A DNA stretch of 63,610 nucleotides, the filler included, from Octopus bimaculoides (taxonomy: Eukaryota), in NCBI RefSeq assembly GCF_001194135.2. It is 5 parts of 3 records of this genome, joined end to end, with 100 filler letters (N's around TTAATTAATTAA, not from the genome) between each part and the next. Parts side by side here need not be neighbours in the genome. Positions count along the whole stretch, not along the records: positions 1 to 30,819 come from NC_068981.1; positions 30,920 to 43,489 come from NC_068981.1; 3 more parts are not named here. One strand, 5' to 3'. The notes under the pieces are model-generated. The model had not been told where the DNA came from, did no database searches, and saw nothing but the letters and a program-made list of their open reading frames with translations. Below are positions 26,532 to 38,252 of the stretch, piece by piece (within the stretch, counting starts at the first letter, position 1; each line of letters starts with the position of its first letter). The position numbers and the translations under genes are program-made.

Positions 26532-26826
26532 GACTGGCTCCCGTGCAGGTGGAATGTAAAAAACACTTTTTGAACGTGACCGTTGCCAGTACCGTGTGAT
26601 TGGATCTCGTGCCAGTGGCACGTAAAAGCACCCACTACACTCTCAAAGTGGTTGGCATTAGGAAGGGCATCCAGCTGTAGAAACTCTGCCAGATCAGATT
26701 GAAGCCTGGTGCAGCCTTCTGGCTTGCCAGCCCTCAGTCAAATCGTCCAACCCATGCTAGCATGGAAAGCGGACATTAAACGATGATGATGATGATGATG
26801 ATGATGATGATAATGATGATGATGAT
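26532..26826 (+). mobile_element. SINE-like family A copy with long (GAT)n tail
   Basis: Near-identical to 24868-25053 over the shared part. Confidence 0.85.
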
Positions 26827-27302
26827 AAAAAGAACCTCAGGAAGCTGAACTTTCCAGGTGAAATGACAAAGAACTGAGATACCTGGTGTCTGGCCATGCT
26901 CAAGAAGATCTGTATCCCGCAGCAGAAATATTCAGACTGATCCTTCTGGTTTTGTCAAGCACATAAAAGCACCTGTACAGCAATACATAAAAGCGCCTGT
27001 GCAGTGCCACATAAAAGTGCTCATGCAGTGTCATGGAAACGCATCCAGCACACTCTGTAAAGTGGTTGGGGTTAGGGAAGGCATCCAGTCGTAGAAACCA
27101 TGGCAAATCAGACTGGAGTCTGGTGCAGCCCCACCTGCTCGCCAGTTCTGGTCACACCATCCAACCCATGTCAGCATGAACAACAGACATATGATGATGA
27201 TGACAATGATGATGATGACGATGATGATGATGAAATATAAAAACGCTATAACAAGAATGATTTAACATCCAACTTAAACTGCAATGGTAAAACATAACTC
27301 AC

Positions 27303-27507
27303 CTTGAGCAGCATTGTTGGGGCCCATTGCAATTACATCAAAGACTTCCACTTCCGGTGCTCCAGCTAAGCCTTCTTCATTCAGATTTCCACCTTCTCCT
27401 GCACCGGCAGCAGCTCCATTACCTTCTGCATTGGCATTACCAACCATGCCACGACCAATAGGTGCCATACCCATCAAATTATTCATTACTCCTCCTTCAA
27501 AGAAATT
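27303..27507 (-). CDS. MARCHF6: MARCHF6 exon NFFEGGVMNNLMG...GPNNAAQ(D), Gly/Ala/Asn-rich loop
   Basis: cag/gtgagt boundaries, 205 nt; phases 0 and 1 fit both neighbours; ends NNAAQ like human NNGAQD. Confidence 0.88.
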
Positions 27508-29777
27508 CTGGAATATATAAACAAAATACATTATTGGTTTGTTGTTACTAGGTACAAATACCCCATATTATAAGAAAGGAGAAAATGTAAGGTTATGATC
27601 ATGGTTTTTTTTTTTTTTTTTTAATCTTCTAAGGATGTTAATGACATAAGCAAAATGAAATTCAAATCCTAGTTTATAAATTTGACCTGCTAAGTCAGCT
27701 TACTTCTTGCGCTATACTGTTTGCCACTATGTTGCAGAATCAAATTACCAGCTAGTACCAACTTTGATTTTCATCCCATTAGAGAAACAGATGTTGTCAT
27801 TGTGCCAAATTTCTTGTGAATACTTAAGACTATCTCTAGTAAGGAATGTTGTTTGTTTCCCAACAAGAGAGAAAGGTTGGAATATTAAGGCTGGAAAGCA
27901 TGACCATGAAGGCAGTCTATAAGAAGATGGAGAGTGCAGGAAAAAAAAGATGCTTTTGTGAGACTGAGGAGATAAATTAGTGAAGACAAAGTTTAGACAG
28001 AAATCGAGAAGTTATGAAAGAAAGGAAATAACAGGGAATTACACCAAACTAAACAAAAAGTTTAACAGTTGACTATACTTAATAAGATTCACCAATCATT
28101 TATATGGAGAAAGCAAGGAGAAGGAATTGTTACAAATTTTATTTGGGTGAGCCAAGATAGTAAGGTGCTAAAATATATTTGCCTCCAATGAAAATTAAAG
28201 TCAACAAAAAATTTTCATTACAGGTTGTTTTCTTACATCTCTGTTCTGTAATGTGTAACTTCAGTTATTAAGTCTGATTGGGCAAACTCAAGATTAAAAG
28301 TATTCTGGTCAAAACCATCTGGTCTCTTCCTGAGGTTTAGTGCATCCAAGATAACATTATCTAATGTATCCTTGCAATTTTTAAGAAAGTAAGGTGTGAT
28401 TTGAGGAAGATTTGGTTGCTACTTCCAACACATTCAACAACTACATAGAAGCTCCTTTGTTAGTCCATAGATGTGCAGTTCTGAGAGAATACATTGAAGT
28501 CATATGTAGACAAAATATGTTCATTGGTGAGATGTTTAATATTATAGTCATGATCTTTACTCTAGTGAATGTAGCTGACTCAGAGAGATTGCACTACTTA
28601 AGATACAAAGCAGTGCATTTCCATAAGTGATCATATCTAACAATGTCTAGTGTTAGTGTGCATGGATATGTATTTATAGTCAAAAGAGAGACAGTTGTTT
28701 ATATAACACAAGAAGCATTTCAGAGAGATGCCAGATCCCTGAACTACAGGTCGACAAGGTTATAGAGAAATAGCAACACTTGCTTCAATGAGAACTAACC
28801 TAACAAAACGCTTTTGTTTCCAGTGATCTACAATCACATTGAGAACAAAAGTAAGCAACTTTTCTAGATCTTCAAACCAAACACAATCAAAACTTTTACC
28901 ATGTCAATGGAAACAACTTCTCTTTCAGAGGAAATGTTATTACAGTCTAGTGGGAAGGAGAAAGAGAATCACTGTGGTGTAAGAACACTTATTTATGATT
29001 TTCATAATCACTTTTACTTTGAAATATACATGAACGCATATCTCTATAAGAAGTACAAGATTTGAGCCATTGCTATGATGTATAACTGAATACAATGTAA
29101 AGAAATGTCTATTCATGTCTCCATCACAGTGTCAGATAAAAACTTTCACTGACTGCATAGGTGTACTTTAATGTACCAAACACACAATTTAGTGTATCGA
29201 TGATTTATATAATTGAATACAAAACCAGTATTATATATGCAAATCAGATTAAATGATTTAGTAAAATCATTTAAAGGTTATAAAAAGTTATAAGCTAGAT
29301 TTCTCTCTGCAAATAGACAAAGGTAAGTGATCTTTAAAGTAATTCCAACAAAAATCAAAACCAAATCAAGCCAATCCACCTTTCTCTGGGTAGCAAGTAA
29401 GCCCTCTGTAGGACCTCTGAGACTGAGAAAAGGGAGAGGGGAAAAAACCCAACAATTTATGAGCTGTTGGTAATTATTACTCTGAATCTTGTAAGTAACC
29501 CAGATACAAATCAATCAGTGATTGTAAGTTAGTCTGCTAACAAACAGAGCAGCCTCTTATAGTGTTACTCATAGCACCAGGTTTCTGCTGTATCCTACAA
29601 AATCTAAATAAATTCATTCCAACATAATTCACCAAAGTGAAATGAAGAAGAAGAGGAGAGGAGGGGAGAGAGAGTAACAAAACAACTGCAAACTCTAACA
29701 ATGATCTATTTTCATATACTTTAAGCTGACAATAGTGGCTGAAAGCAGAGGAAAAAGAAAAACAACTGTTAACTTAC

Positions 29778-29931
29778 CCTTCCTTGGTTATTCGCTTCAT
29801 CTTCATGTTCCAACCAGTCAGGGCCACCACCATGGAGAATTTGTTCTCTCAACCAAACTAAACTAATAAACGCACACAATGTGCAAGTCACCACAAAACA
29901 ACCTTGAAAAGAATCTGATACTATATTTTCT
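29778..29931 (-). CDS. MARCHF6: MARCHF6 exon ENIVSDSFQGCFVVTCTLCAFISLVWLREQILHGGGPDWLEHEDEANNQGR; most 5' exon identifiable by homology
   Basis: cag/gtaagt boundaries, 154 nt, phase 2 in; QGCFVVTCTLCAFISLVWLREQI is identical to human. Confidence 0.96.
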
Positions 29932-30819
29932 CTGAAAGATAAATGATAACAATAATAATAATAACAGTAATGATTAATATTAATAATAATAGTAATGGCT
30001 TTAAATTTTGGTACTAAGACAGCAAATTTAAAGGAAGTGAGATAGTCGTTATATCAACCCATGTTCAACTGGTACTTATTTTATCATCCCAAAAGGTTGA
30101 GGGTTAAGTTAATCTCAGCAGAATTGGTGTTTCAAATTTTGGCACACAGCCAGCAGTTTTAGCGGGGAGTTAGTAGACTATATTGACCCTAGGGCTTAAC
30201 TGGTACTTTATTTTGTCAACCCTGAAAGGATGAAAAACAAAATTGACCTCAGCAAAATTTTAAGATCAGTCTTCAGTAACATGACAGGACAAGTGATAAT
30301 AAATGTGTATGATTTAACATGTAATTAAACACATTCATATCTAAAACTGGTTGTGCTATAAAATTAGGAGATAAACTCCCAAGTCAATATTCAATTTAAT
30401 TTTCTGACTGTAGTTAATTTACTTCACTATATTACAAATGCTTTAAAAAAGGATTGAAGATAGCAATTCTATTTCCTCCCTAAACTTTCCATACCATCAA
30501 TATCAATTGCAGTAACAAAGTACAAAATCTATCTGTATGTCTAATACAATCAAATAATGGAACTTCTATCCAATTTGTCAACCTGCTAGAAACTGCTGCC
30601 AAATTTTTTTAAAACTATATTCAGCAGTCTTAAAAAAAGGGAAAGGGACAATAAAGTAACATAGTCCGATATGTAGACTCTGTTAACCAATATATATATA
30701 TATGAAAGGAGACATTGTGTAACACAGTTCTATACACACTGGATGTTCATGACTAGAAGACTTTTCACCATTGATCTGTTCTACCAGAGCTGACTGAGGC
30801 TAACAACTATATATATATA

Positions 30820-30919
30820 NNNNNNNNNNNNNNNNNNNNNNNNNNNNNNNNNNNNNNNNNNNNTTAATTAATTAANNNNNNNNNNNNNNNNNNNNNNNNN
30901 NNNNNNNNNNNNNNNNNNN
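30820..30919. other. 100-bp scaffold join with TTAATTAATTAA six-frame-stop linker (also 43490-43589, 47754-47853, 56526-56625)
   Basis: Identical 44N + TTAATTAATTAA + 44N layout four times; synthetic, true gap size unknown. Confidence 0.92.
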
Positions 30920-30952
<33 letters not shown>

Positions 30953-31122
30953 AAGTAAAGTTGTGGAATACCGTACGAGTGGAAACATATATGAAAGAAG
31001 GTTTGAAAATGCACTTATTTTTTTAAAAATATTTATTTACTTATATATTATTATTGATAGGAAGGACATCAAAAGAAAGAAAGAGACCACGATATTATGT
31101 AAATAAAGGAATTTATCTGTGT

Positions 31123-31160
<38 letters not shown>

Positions 31161-31649
31161 CGTCGAGAGAGGGAGATGATTGTCAACTATATACGAGATA
31201 TATTCTCAAACATATGAATTAGCAACTTTTCATCGCCTGAAAATCTATAGGCAATTTTTTGAGAATATCATACTGAATGCGTGTTCACATTCCAGAAACT
31301 GTAATATTATCGATAAAATGAATATTGTCGAAAATACAGAAAGTGATGTAAAAGTTTGTTTGATGTTAGTATATCAGCGCGTCTGTTTCACTCTGATTAC
31401 AGCACCTCAGCGAAACATGTTACTATTTGGAAAACTATTAGTTTTCATTACAGGGAGAGAAATCAAAAACAATATATATATTGTGGCACTGTTTATAAAT
31501 AATGTAGCAATACATTTAATGGAGAATAACGAAATATCTTCAAGTGTGCACTGTATTTGTAGTTAATAAAAAAACTGTTTTCTCATGTTTATCCCTCAGC
31601 CATATTGTTGAAAATCGTTATCAGCGTGACTACATTCCATTTCTCTGCT

Positions 31650-31731
<82 letters not shown>

Positions 31732-32145
31732 TCCCCTTTCTTTGCACACATACACCACACACAAAATTTATTTTTTCCCTTTTCTTTTTTCATTCATTAC
31801 ACTTTTACAGCCTTCATCATGTAATAATAATTTCCGTGTATAATAACTTATGTTTACATGTGTGCACAAAAATGCATGCTGCGCATTATCCAATGTAATT
31901 GTATATTTATAAACCAGTGCAGATAAACGAAGTTTATGCATCAAATCGCCAGACAGTCGTTGTTACACGAATTCTAAAGCTGCGAACAGAGATATAAATA
32001 TCCAATCGTATTTTATGATGCGTAACATACATATTAGATCAGACATGCAAACATATTTTTTTTTTACACTGAAATTATTATATGACGAAGGCTGCGAAAC
32101 GGCTGCAACCCTAAGGATGACAAGTGGTTAAATAAATATGCTCAC

Positions 32146-32183
32146 CTCTCATACCTCCTGACAGTCACCATATTCCCTTCCAT
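32146..32183 (-). CDS. Candidate MARCHF6 first coding exon (MEGNMVTVRRYE.., or the shorter ATG AGA G from 32152)
   Basis: Strong donor AG|GTGAGC at 32146/32145 in the CpG-richer zone upstream of the gene body; no homology support. Confidence 0.3.
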
Positions 32184-32185
32184 AT

Positions 32186-32262
32186 CGGCTAACACTCTGA
32201 TGAGCGTAAAGTTATATAATCCATTATATTCTTTACGCGAAACTGGTTGGTAAGATTAGCCG
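32186..32262 (+). ncRNA. Type I hammerhead ribozyme, canonical core
   Basis: CGGCTAA-CA-CT (stem I), CTGATGA, GCGTAAAG...CTTTACGC (8-bp stem II), GAAA, CT-GGTT-GG, TA, AG-A-TTAGCCG (stem I'). Every conserved core nucleotide is present; predicted GUA cleavage after 32252. Confidence 0.88.
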
Positions 32263-32349
32263 TGATGAATATTCAATATTCTACATTTCGGATAATATAT
32301 ATATTATACATTCACACTCGCGTACGCACACGCACGCACACGCACACAG

Positions 32350-32380
<31 letters not shown>

Positions 32381-32443
32381 AACACACACACACACGCACA
32401 CACACATACATACACATACACATATATGTATATACATACATAT

Positions 32444-32536
32444 ATGTTTTCGATCTAGTTTGGATTCTTTGCCATCAAATTTGAATTCTTTGCAATCAAA
32501 TTTGATGGCAAAGCATCCAAACCGGATCGAAAACAT
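32444..32536. other. 41-bp-arm hairpin with 11-nt loop (pre-miRNA-like or MITE-like)
   Basis: Arms 32444-32484 and 32496-32536 are reverse complements with 3 differences. Confidence 0.75.
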
Positions 32537-33336
32537 CTATATATGTACACATATTACTAACAGTGATGCAACGGTATCACTTAATCAGATAAGCGTTATC
32601 GGATCGACGTAAGATATTTCAACACAACGGTGTCCCACAACAATTGTTTATAACGGTATATAGTGAGGCACGATATTTAGTTCTACAGCAACAAACGTCT
32701 TCAGAACTGACGTCCCTTAAATTTTCTCCTACGACGTCATCTGAAATCAGAAGTATACTTCAGTCGTTCCAGAACAACTGGTCTACTAAATAAGGTAATT
32801 CTAGCCGATTGTTATAACCGATATTTATGTTACTTTAAGACATTTTCAAAGTCTCTTTAGAATGAAAACGCCTTTCGTATTGATGTTTACCATACTGGGT
32901 ATTTCTGAAAATCTCTGTAAGTAAGATGCTCTTTTTATGGATCCACATATTTGAACCTCTTCGTTTAACCACACATGCCGTAATAGATAAGCAAATACTT
33001 TAAGATACGAATTAAAGTATGATAAAATAAAATAAAAAGTTCTATATTGAATTCTGTGTATAATAATGACTCTTCAGAAAATATGTTCATAGCTAAACAG
33101 TCAGATACAGGCAGGAAACAAGATATTTATCTCTCTCCCTCCCCACCCACTATACCTTCCATTCTATATAAAGCCCATGTAGTCAAATAATCGAATGTCA
33201 AGTATTAGTCGACAAACGTCCTTAAAATTACACACAAACGTCTGCAAAGAAATGATAGATGAAACATAAACGATGAAACGAAAATAATCAGCGTCGAACA
33301 AATCTCTCTCTCTCTCTCTCTCTTTATCTGTCTATA

Positions 33337-33393
<57 letters not shown>

Positions 33394-33396
33394 CTT

Positions 33397-33440
<44 letters not shown>

Positions 33441-33960
33441 CCTACCTATCTATCTGGATCGACACCACCAATTTTTTTTTTTTCCTTCCTTCCCCCTCCC
33501 AAAAAGAAAAGCTCTACATTGTATTTGTCCCAACTTCGTTGAGCCCTGTGTGGCTAATAAAAGAAATGTATCTATCTATCTATCTATCTATCTTTCTCTC
33601 CACATTTCTCTCTCATCCTCTCTCTTTCACTCTCACACTTTCTGTGTATATACTAATCACAATAAAAATGGTTATAATGACGTTTATTTTTATTTGCTAT
33701 AAGTACAGCAAATGAGCAAACTTATACACACACACATGTATATATATTCTTTCTTTTTATATAAATCATATATTATATTATATATATAGAGTGGAGTGAT
33801 GTATTTTTCCAAAATTTTGAAAACCTTATCAAAACCAACATATAACAGTTAACTTTAATTTATTGTCTCAAACTGTGCATAATGATTCTAGGCACTTCTG
33901 ATGAATTGAGAAATAATTTGGGATGCTCGGTTCGTATAAAAATCAGAAAATTTAATATTT

Positions 33961-35062
33961 GGTGGGGCATAATGGGTCATCCACAAATGGAGCAAAACGC
34001 AGAGCAGTATTTGGATAAAATATAGTAAATTGTGGGTGAATGTTGAAAACAATTAATAAAGGAACGTATGAGAGGTGTCCGAAATTAAAGAGACACAATC
34101 TTCATTAAAATAAACAAAACAAAAATCAACTTTGTTTACAAAAACAGTCATTTTGAACGTTAAATCAATCACATTAATTAACTTTCCAACTTAATATGGA
34201 TTCCATTCGGTACACGGAGACCAGATTAAGTTGCACATTCCCGCGAAGAACTCTTGGAATAAACTTTGGACAAATGTCATACAGCAATGAAATTTCGTTG
34301 GTCCTGCCTTTGTCTCGCCTTCAGAATCTCTTGCAGGTAGAGCACTCAGATTCCTCTTCGTCCGATTCATCTGCACTATCATGGTTACCATCACTATGGT
34401 CAGACTCTGCACTACTTTTTTTTTGCCAGTTTGGAGAAAAAGACCCTCCTTCCTCTTCGCTCTTAGACTTTTGTTGCTCCTTTGGTGCATTTTTAAAAAT
34501 CTTTTGCTGCATGTTCGTCTGCTTCAATCTTGAATCTGTTTAAATATCAATAATTACATGAAACAAAGTTGCTAAAACACTTTCAGGTACAGGCACATAT
34601 TTGTAGCATGTGGAAGACTTCTTTAAATCTTCTTTTCTTCTCTTTATAAATACCTATATCCTATATCTTAAGTGACACATTATGATCCACGCTGCAAACT
34701 GACAACTGACGCATTATGCCCCGCTTTTGAATTTTACGGAATTTCAGAATTTCCAAAGATATTTCCTTTATCCAACATAACACAGGCAAAGAAAATACTT
34801 CTAAAATAGTACAAAAATTCCAAATTTGTAATACTTCTTAACGATCAAAAACATGTAGGTTAAGTGAACGATGTCTGTTATCCAGAATGAGGAACTTGAA
34901 GAGGAGACATCAGAGACAATACATCATTTATGTTAGCAGGAGGAATTATGAAATTTATAATGGCTGCTTCATCATACTTCCTGGTTTGAAGTCGGGAGAA
35001 AATGATAAAAATCTGGGAAATGACGCATTATGTCACAAAAACTCATTATATCCCAACCCCAC
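33961..35062 (-). mobile_element. Probable degraded pogo-like DNA transposon remnant
   Basis: GGGGCATAATGGGTCA at 33964 has inverted relatives TGACGCATTATGCCCC (34707) and TGACGCATTATG/CATTATATCCCAACCCC (35021-35060). The minus strand shows an acidic tract followed by CSTC, resembling a decayed PHD-like tail. Confidence 0.4.
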
Positions 35063-35139
35063 TAATGATATATATGTACACACACACACACACACACACA
35101 CGTACATGCACACATATATATTGGATATATGTACATATA

Positions 35140-35141
35140 TG

Positions 35142-35237
<96 letters not shown>

Positions 35238-35262
35238 TATATATGTATGTATATATATATAT
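35140..35262. repeat. (AT)n microsatellite, representative of many (AT)n, (CA)n, (GA)n, (TATC)n, (TAG)n and (AAT)n tracts
   Basis: Direct reading. Other examples: (CT)n 31653-31728, (TATC)n 33375-33453, (TAG)n 51915-52028, (TAGA)n 54730-54810. Most long N gaps are flanked by such tracts. Confidence 0.97.
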
Positions 35263-35443
35263 ATGTGTGTATGTGCGTGTATACAATTCTTCTGGACGGT
35301 CTATTTGTTTAAGTTGGTAAATGCTGCTATATTTGCCTTCAGTTCATCTTTAATGCTACAAGGAGTTTTGTTGGCCTCTTACACAACTGCGCCCCACACA
35401 CGGTAGTGAAGTGAAAGCACGTTATAAAAATAAACTACTGAAC

Positions 35444-35478
<35 letters not shown>

Positions 35479-35784
35479 TAATAGTGATAATAATAATGAT
35501 GATAATTATAATAATAATAACAACAACAACAGTTTCAGTGTACAACTGGTGCTTATTTTCTCGATCCCGTAAGGATAAAAAGCAATATCAACCTCGACGG
35601 AAATTGAACTTAGAGCTTGAAGACGGACGAAATGCCTCTAAGCATTTTTTCTGGTGTGCTAAGTATTGTAAGTGAATTTCACGTTGCTGATTATTCAGAA
35701 GATTATGGGGAAGAAGGCTGACAATACACACATGCGCACATACGCACATACGCACACACACAAACGCACACACATGCACGCAGA

Positions 35785-35839
<55 letters not shown>

Positions 35840-36579
35840 NNNNNNNNNNNNNNNNNNNNNNNNNNNNNNNNNNNNNNNNNNNNNNNNNNNNNNNNNNNNN
35901 NNNNNNNNNNNNNNNNNNNNNNNNNNNNNNNNNNNNNNNNNNNNNNNNNNNNNNNNNNNNNNNNNNNNNNNNNNNNNNNNNNNNNNNNNNNNNNNNNNNN
36001 NNNNNNNNNNNNNNNNNNNNNNNNNNNNNNNNNNNNNNNNNNNNNNNNNNNNNNNNNNNNNNNNNNNNNNNNNNNNNNNNNNNNNNNNNNNNNNNNNNNN
36101 NNNNNNNNNNNNNNNNNNNNNNNNNNNNNNNNNNNNNNNNNNNNNNNNNNNNNNNNNNNNNNNNNNNNNNNNNNNNNNNNNNNNNNNNNNNNNNNNNNNN
36201 NNNNNNNNNNNNNNNNNNNNNNNNNNNNNNNNNNNNNNNNNNNNNNNNNNNNNNNNNNNNNNNNNNNNNNNNNNNNNNNNNNNNNNNNNNNNNNNNNNNN
36301 NNNNNNNNNNNNNNNNNNNNNNNNNNNNNNNNNNNNNNNNNNNNNNNNNNNNNNNNNNNNNNNNNNNNNNNNNNNNNNNNNNNNNNNNNNNNNNNNNNNN
36401 NNNNNNNNNNNNNNNNNNNNNNNNNNNNNNNNNNNNNNNNNNNNNNNNNNNNNNNNNNNNNNNNNNNNNNNNNNNNNNNNNNNNNNNNNNNNNNNNNNNN
36501 NNNNNNNNNNNNNNNNNNNNNNNNGTTAATAACTATAGGTAGATAGATAGAAAGGTGCACACACAGACACAGACACAGG

Positions 36580-36649
<70 letters not shown>

Positions 36650-36929
36650 CACACACGCACACACACAAACATATATAAATTAATTTACTTACCTATGACA
36701 TATGAGTGTGTATGTGCGTTCGTGTGTTTATTTATGCGTATATGTATGTATGCGCAAGTATATATATATATGTATGTAGGTGTATATATATATATATGTA
36801 TGTGTCTGTATATGTGTGTATGTATGAGTTTGTGTGTGTGTGTGTGTGTGTGTGTTCTCTTTATGTAATAAATAAATTTTGACCGGCTGCCTACTTGGTA
36901 GCAATGTTGAGAAGGAAAGCATCTTGCAT

Positions 36930-37700
36930 CTTGTTTTGACCATCAACTTTTCCCCATTAAACTAAATTCGGCCATATTTTGCTCTAGTTGATTTGGTATG
37001 TATCCAGTTGTTCCAATAATAATAGGTATGAAGCTGAAAGTGTATCATGTGTACTGGTTTTTCCAAACTCCTTATCCATGGTACATATATGCCTTTTTTC
37101 TTATAACATTGCTATACAGAATGTAGGTGGTTTTCACAGCCGAATATATCTTTTCCTTGTGGTCCGATACAACAAACTCTGGCCGGTTGTGTTTTAACTC
37201 GGTGATTGTTTTAATTGTTAAGTCCCACTACTATTCGTTTTCAATATGGTCAACTTCGTTTGCAGGGGATTTCGTTTTTTGCTATATTGTGGCAAACTCT
37301 TCTGGCTACCGTATCATGCCACATGGGAAGATAATATCTGGAAGATATTCTCTCGCATTTGGCAATAATGTGGTTGATGTCTTCAATCTTGGTCTTGCAA
37401 AGCCCACTCGTGTTGTCTGTCAAAGTTTTCTGCCTTTTATGCTGTAGGTACTTGGTGGGGATCTGTGGGTACTTCGTGAGGATCTCTTGTTCTTCGAAGT
37501 GGGATGTCATAAACTTGGCGGTGCTCCATGCCAAGCTTTTGACACAATCCCTTTAATGGTTTGTATTTTACGTGCCAAGTACCAACGTACTGTCTTCTCA
37601 ATGAACTAATCCGTTTTTCTAATTCCGTGTTTCTGATAAATAGATCGCGTAATGTGGGTTGATGTCGACTAACCCATTCATCTTGTCGCTAGCGAAGTGC
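36930..37700 (-). mobile_element. RLE-type (R2/R4/HERO-like) non-LTR retrotransposon 3' fragment
   Basis: Minus strand motifs in order: KPLKG, EQEILTKY, LCKTKIEDINHIIAKC (zinc knuckle), WHDTVARRV (RHD), KHNRPEFVV (PD), FIPIIIGTTG; interrupted by frameshifts. Confidence 0.8.
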
Positions 37701-38162
37701 ATCTTGAACCGAAACCTTTCGCAAACGGATTTTTAGCTAACTTGGTACATGCGTGTGTGTGTGTGTGAAAGGGATGAATTATCCTGGCGGATACCGAATT
37801 ATCCCATAAAATGGTATAAATGCAGGTTATCCCCAATCCTACGTATTCGCCCCAATTGTGCCAGGGCCTGTCGGTCAAGAATCAATTTACATAGCCACAT
37901 AAAGTGTTGCTGCTCTGCTTTATGATCTTCGGGTACGAAGATCAATGTTTTATATGAGTGTTTAGGGTTTTTGAGAAAAGGAGAAAAGTGTATGCAATAG
38001 TAGTAAGTAGTTAGAATGGTTGAGATAAAATGTAGATGCACAACTTATCTCTTATCGCTTACTCGTTTCAGACATTTCTCTGCAGCCATGCTGTAGCACA
38101 GCTTTGAAGACTTAAACACACAAACACCGTTTATCGAACACAGACACAGACAGACAGACAGA

Positions 38163-38252
<90 letters not shown>

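Larger units (their letters stand above)
31150..33300. promoter_or_regulatory. CpG-retaining promoter-like region with two CRE-like TGACGTC sites (32708-32714 +, 32733-32739 -)
   Basis: CG dinucleotides become visibly frequent here compared with the gene body; the region lies at the 5' side of MARCHF6; TGACGTC matches 7/8 of the CRE consensus. A +strand donor-like AAG|GTAATT lies near 32794. Confidence 0.5.

Noticed and set aside
32082-32108. ATGACGA-AGGCTGC-GAAAC-GGCT-GCA, a possible second hammerhead upstream of the intact one
   Set aside because: C3 and the UH site are altered, stem II is negligible and there is no stem I.
37678-37760. NPFAKGF peptide resembling the T-box C-terminal motif
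   Set aside because: No other T-box sequence or splice context; it lies in line with the upstream part of the RLE LINE relic and is followed by a stop.
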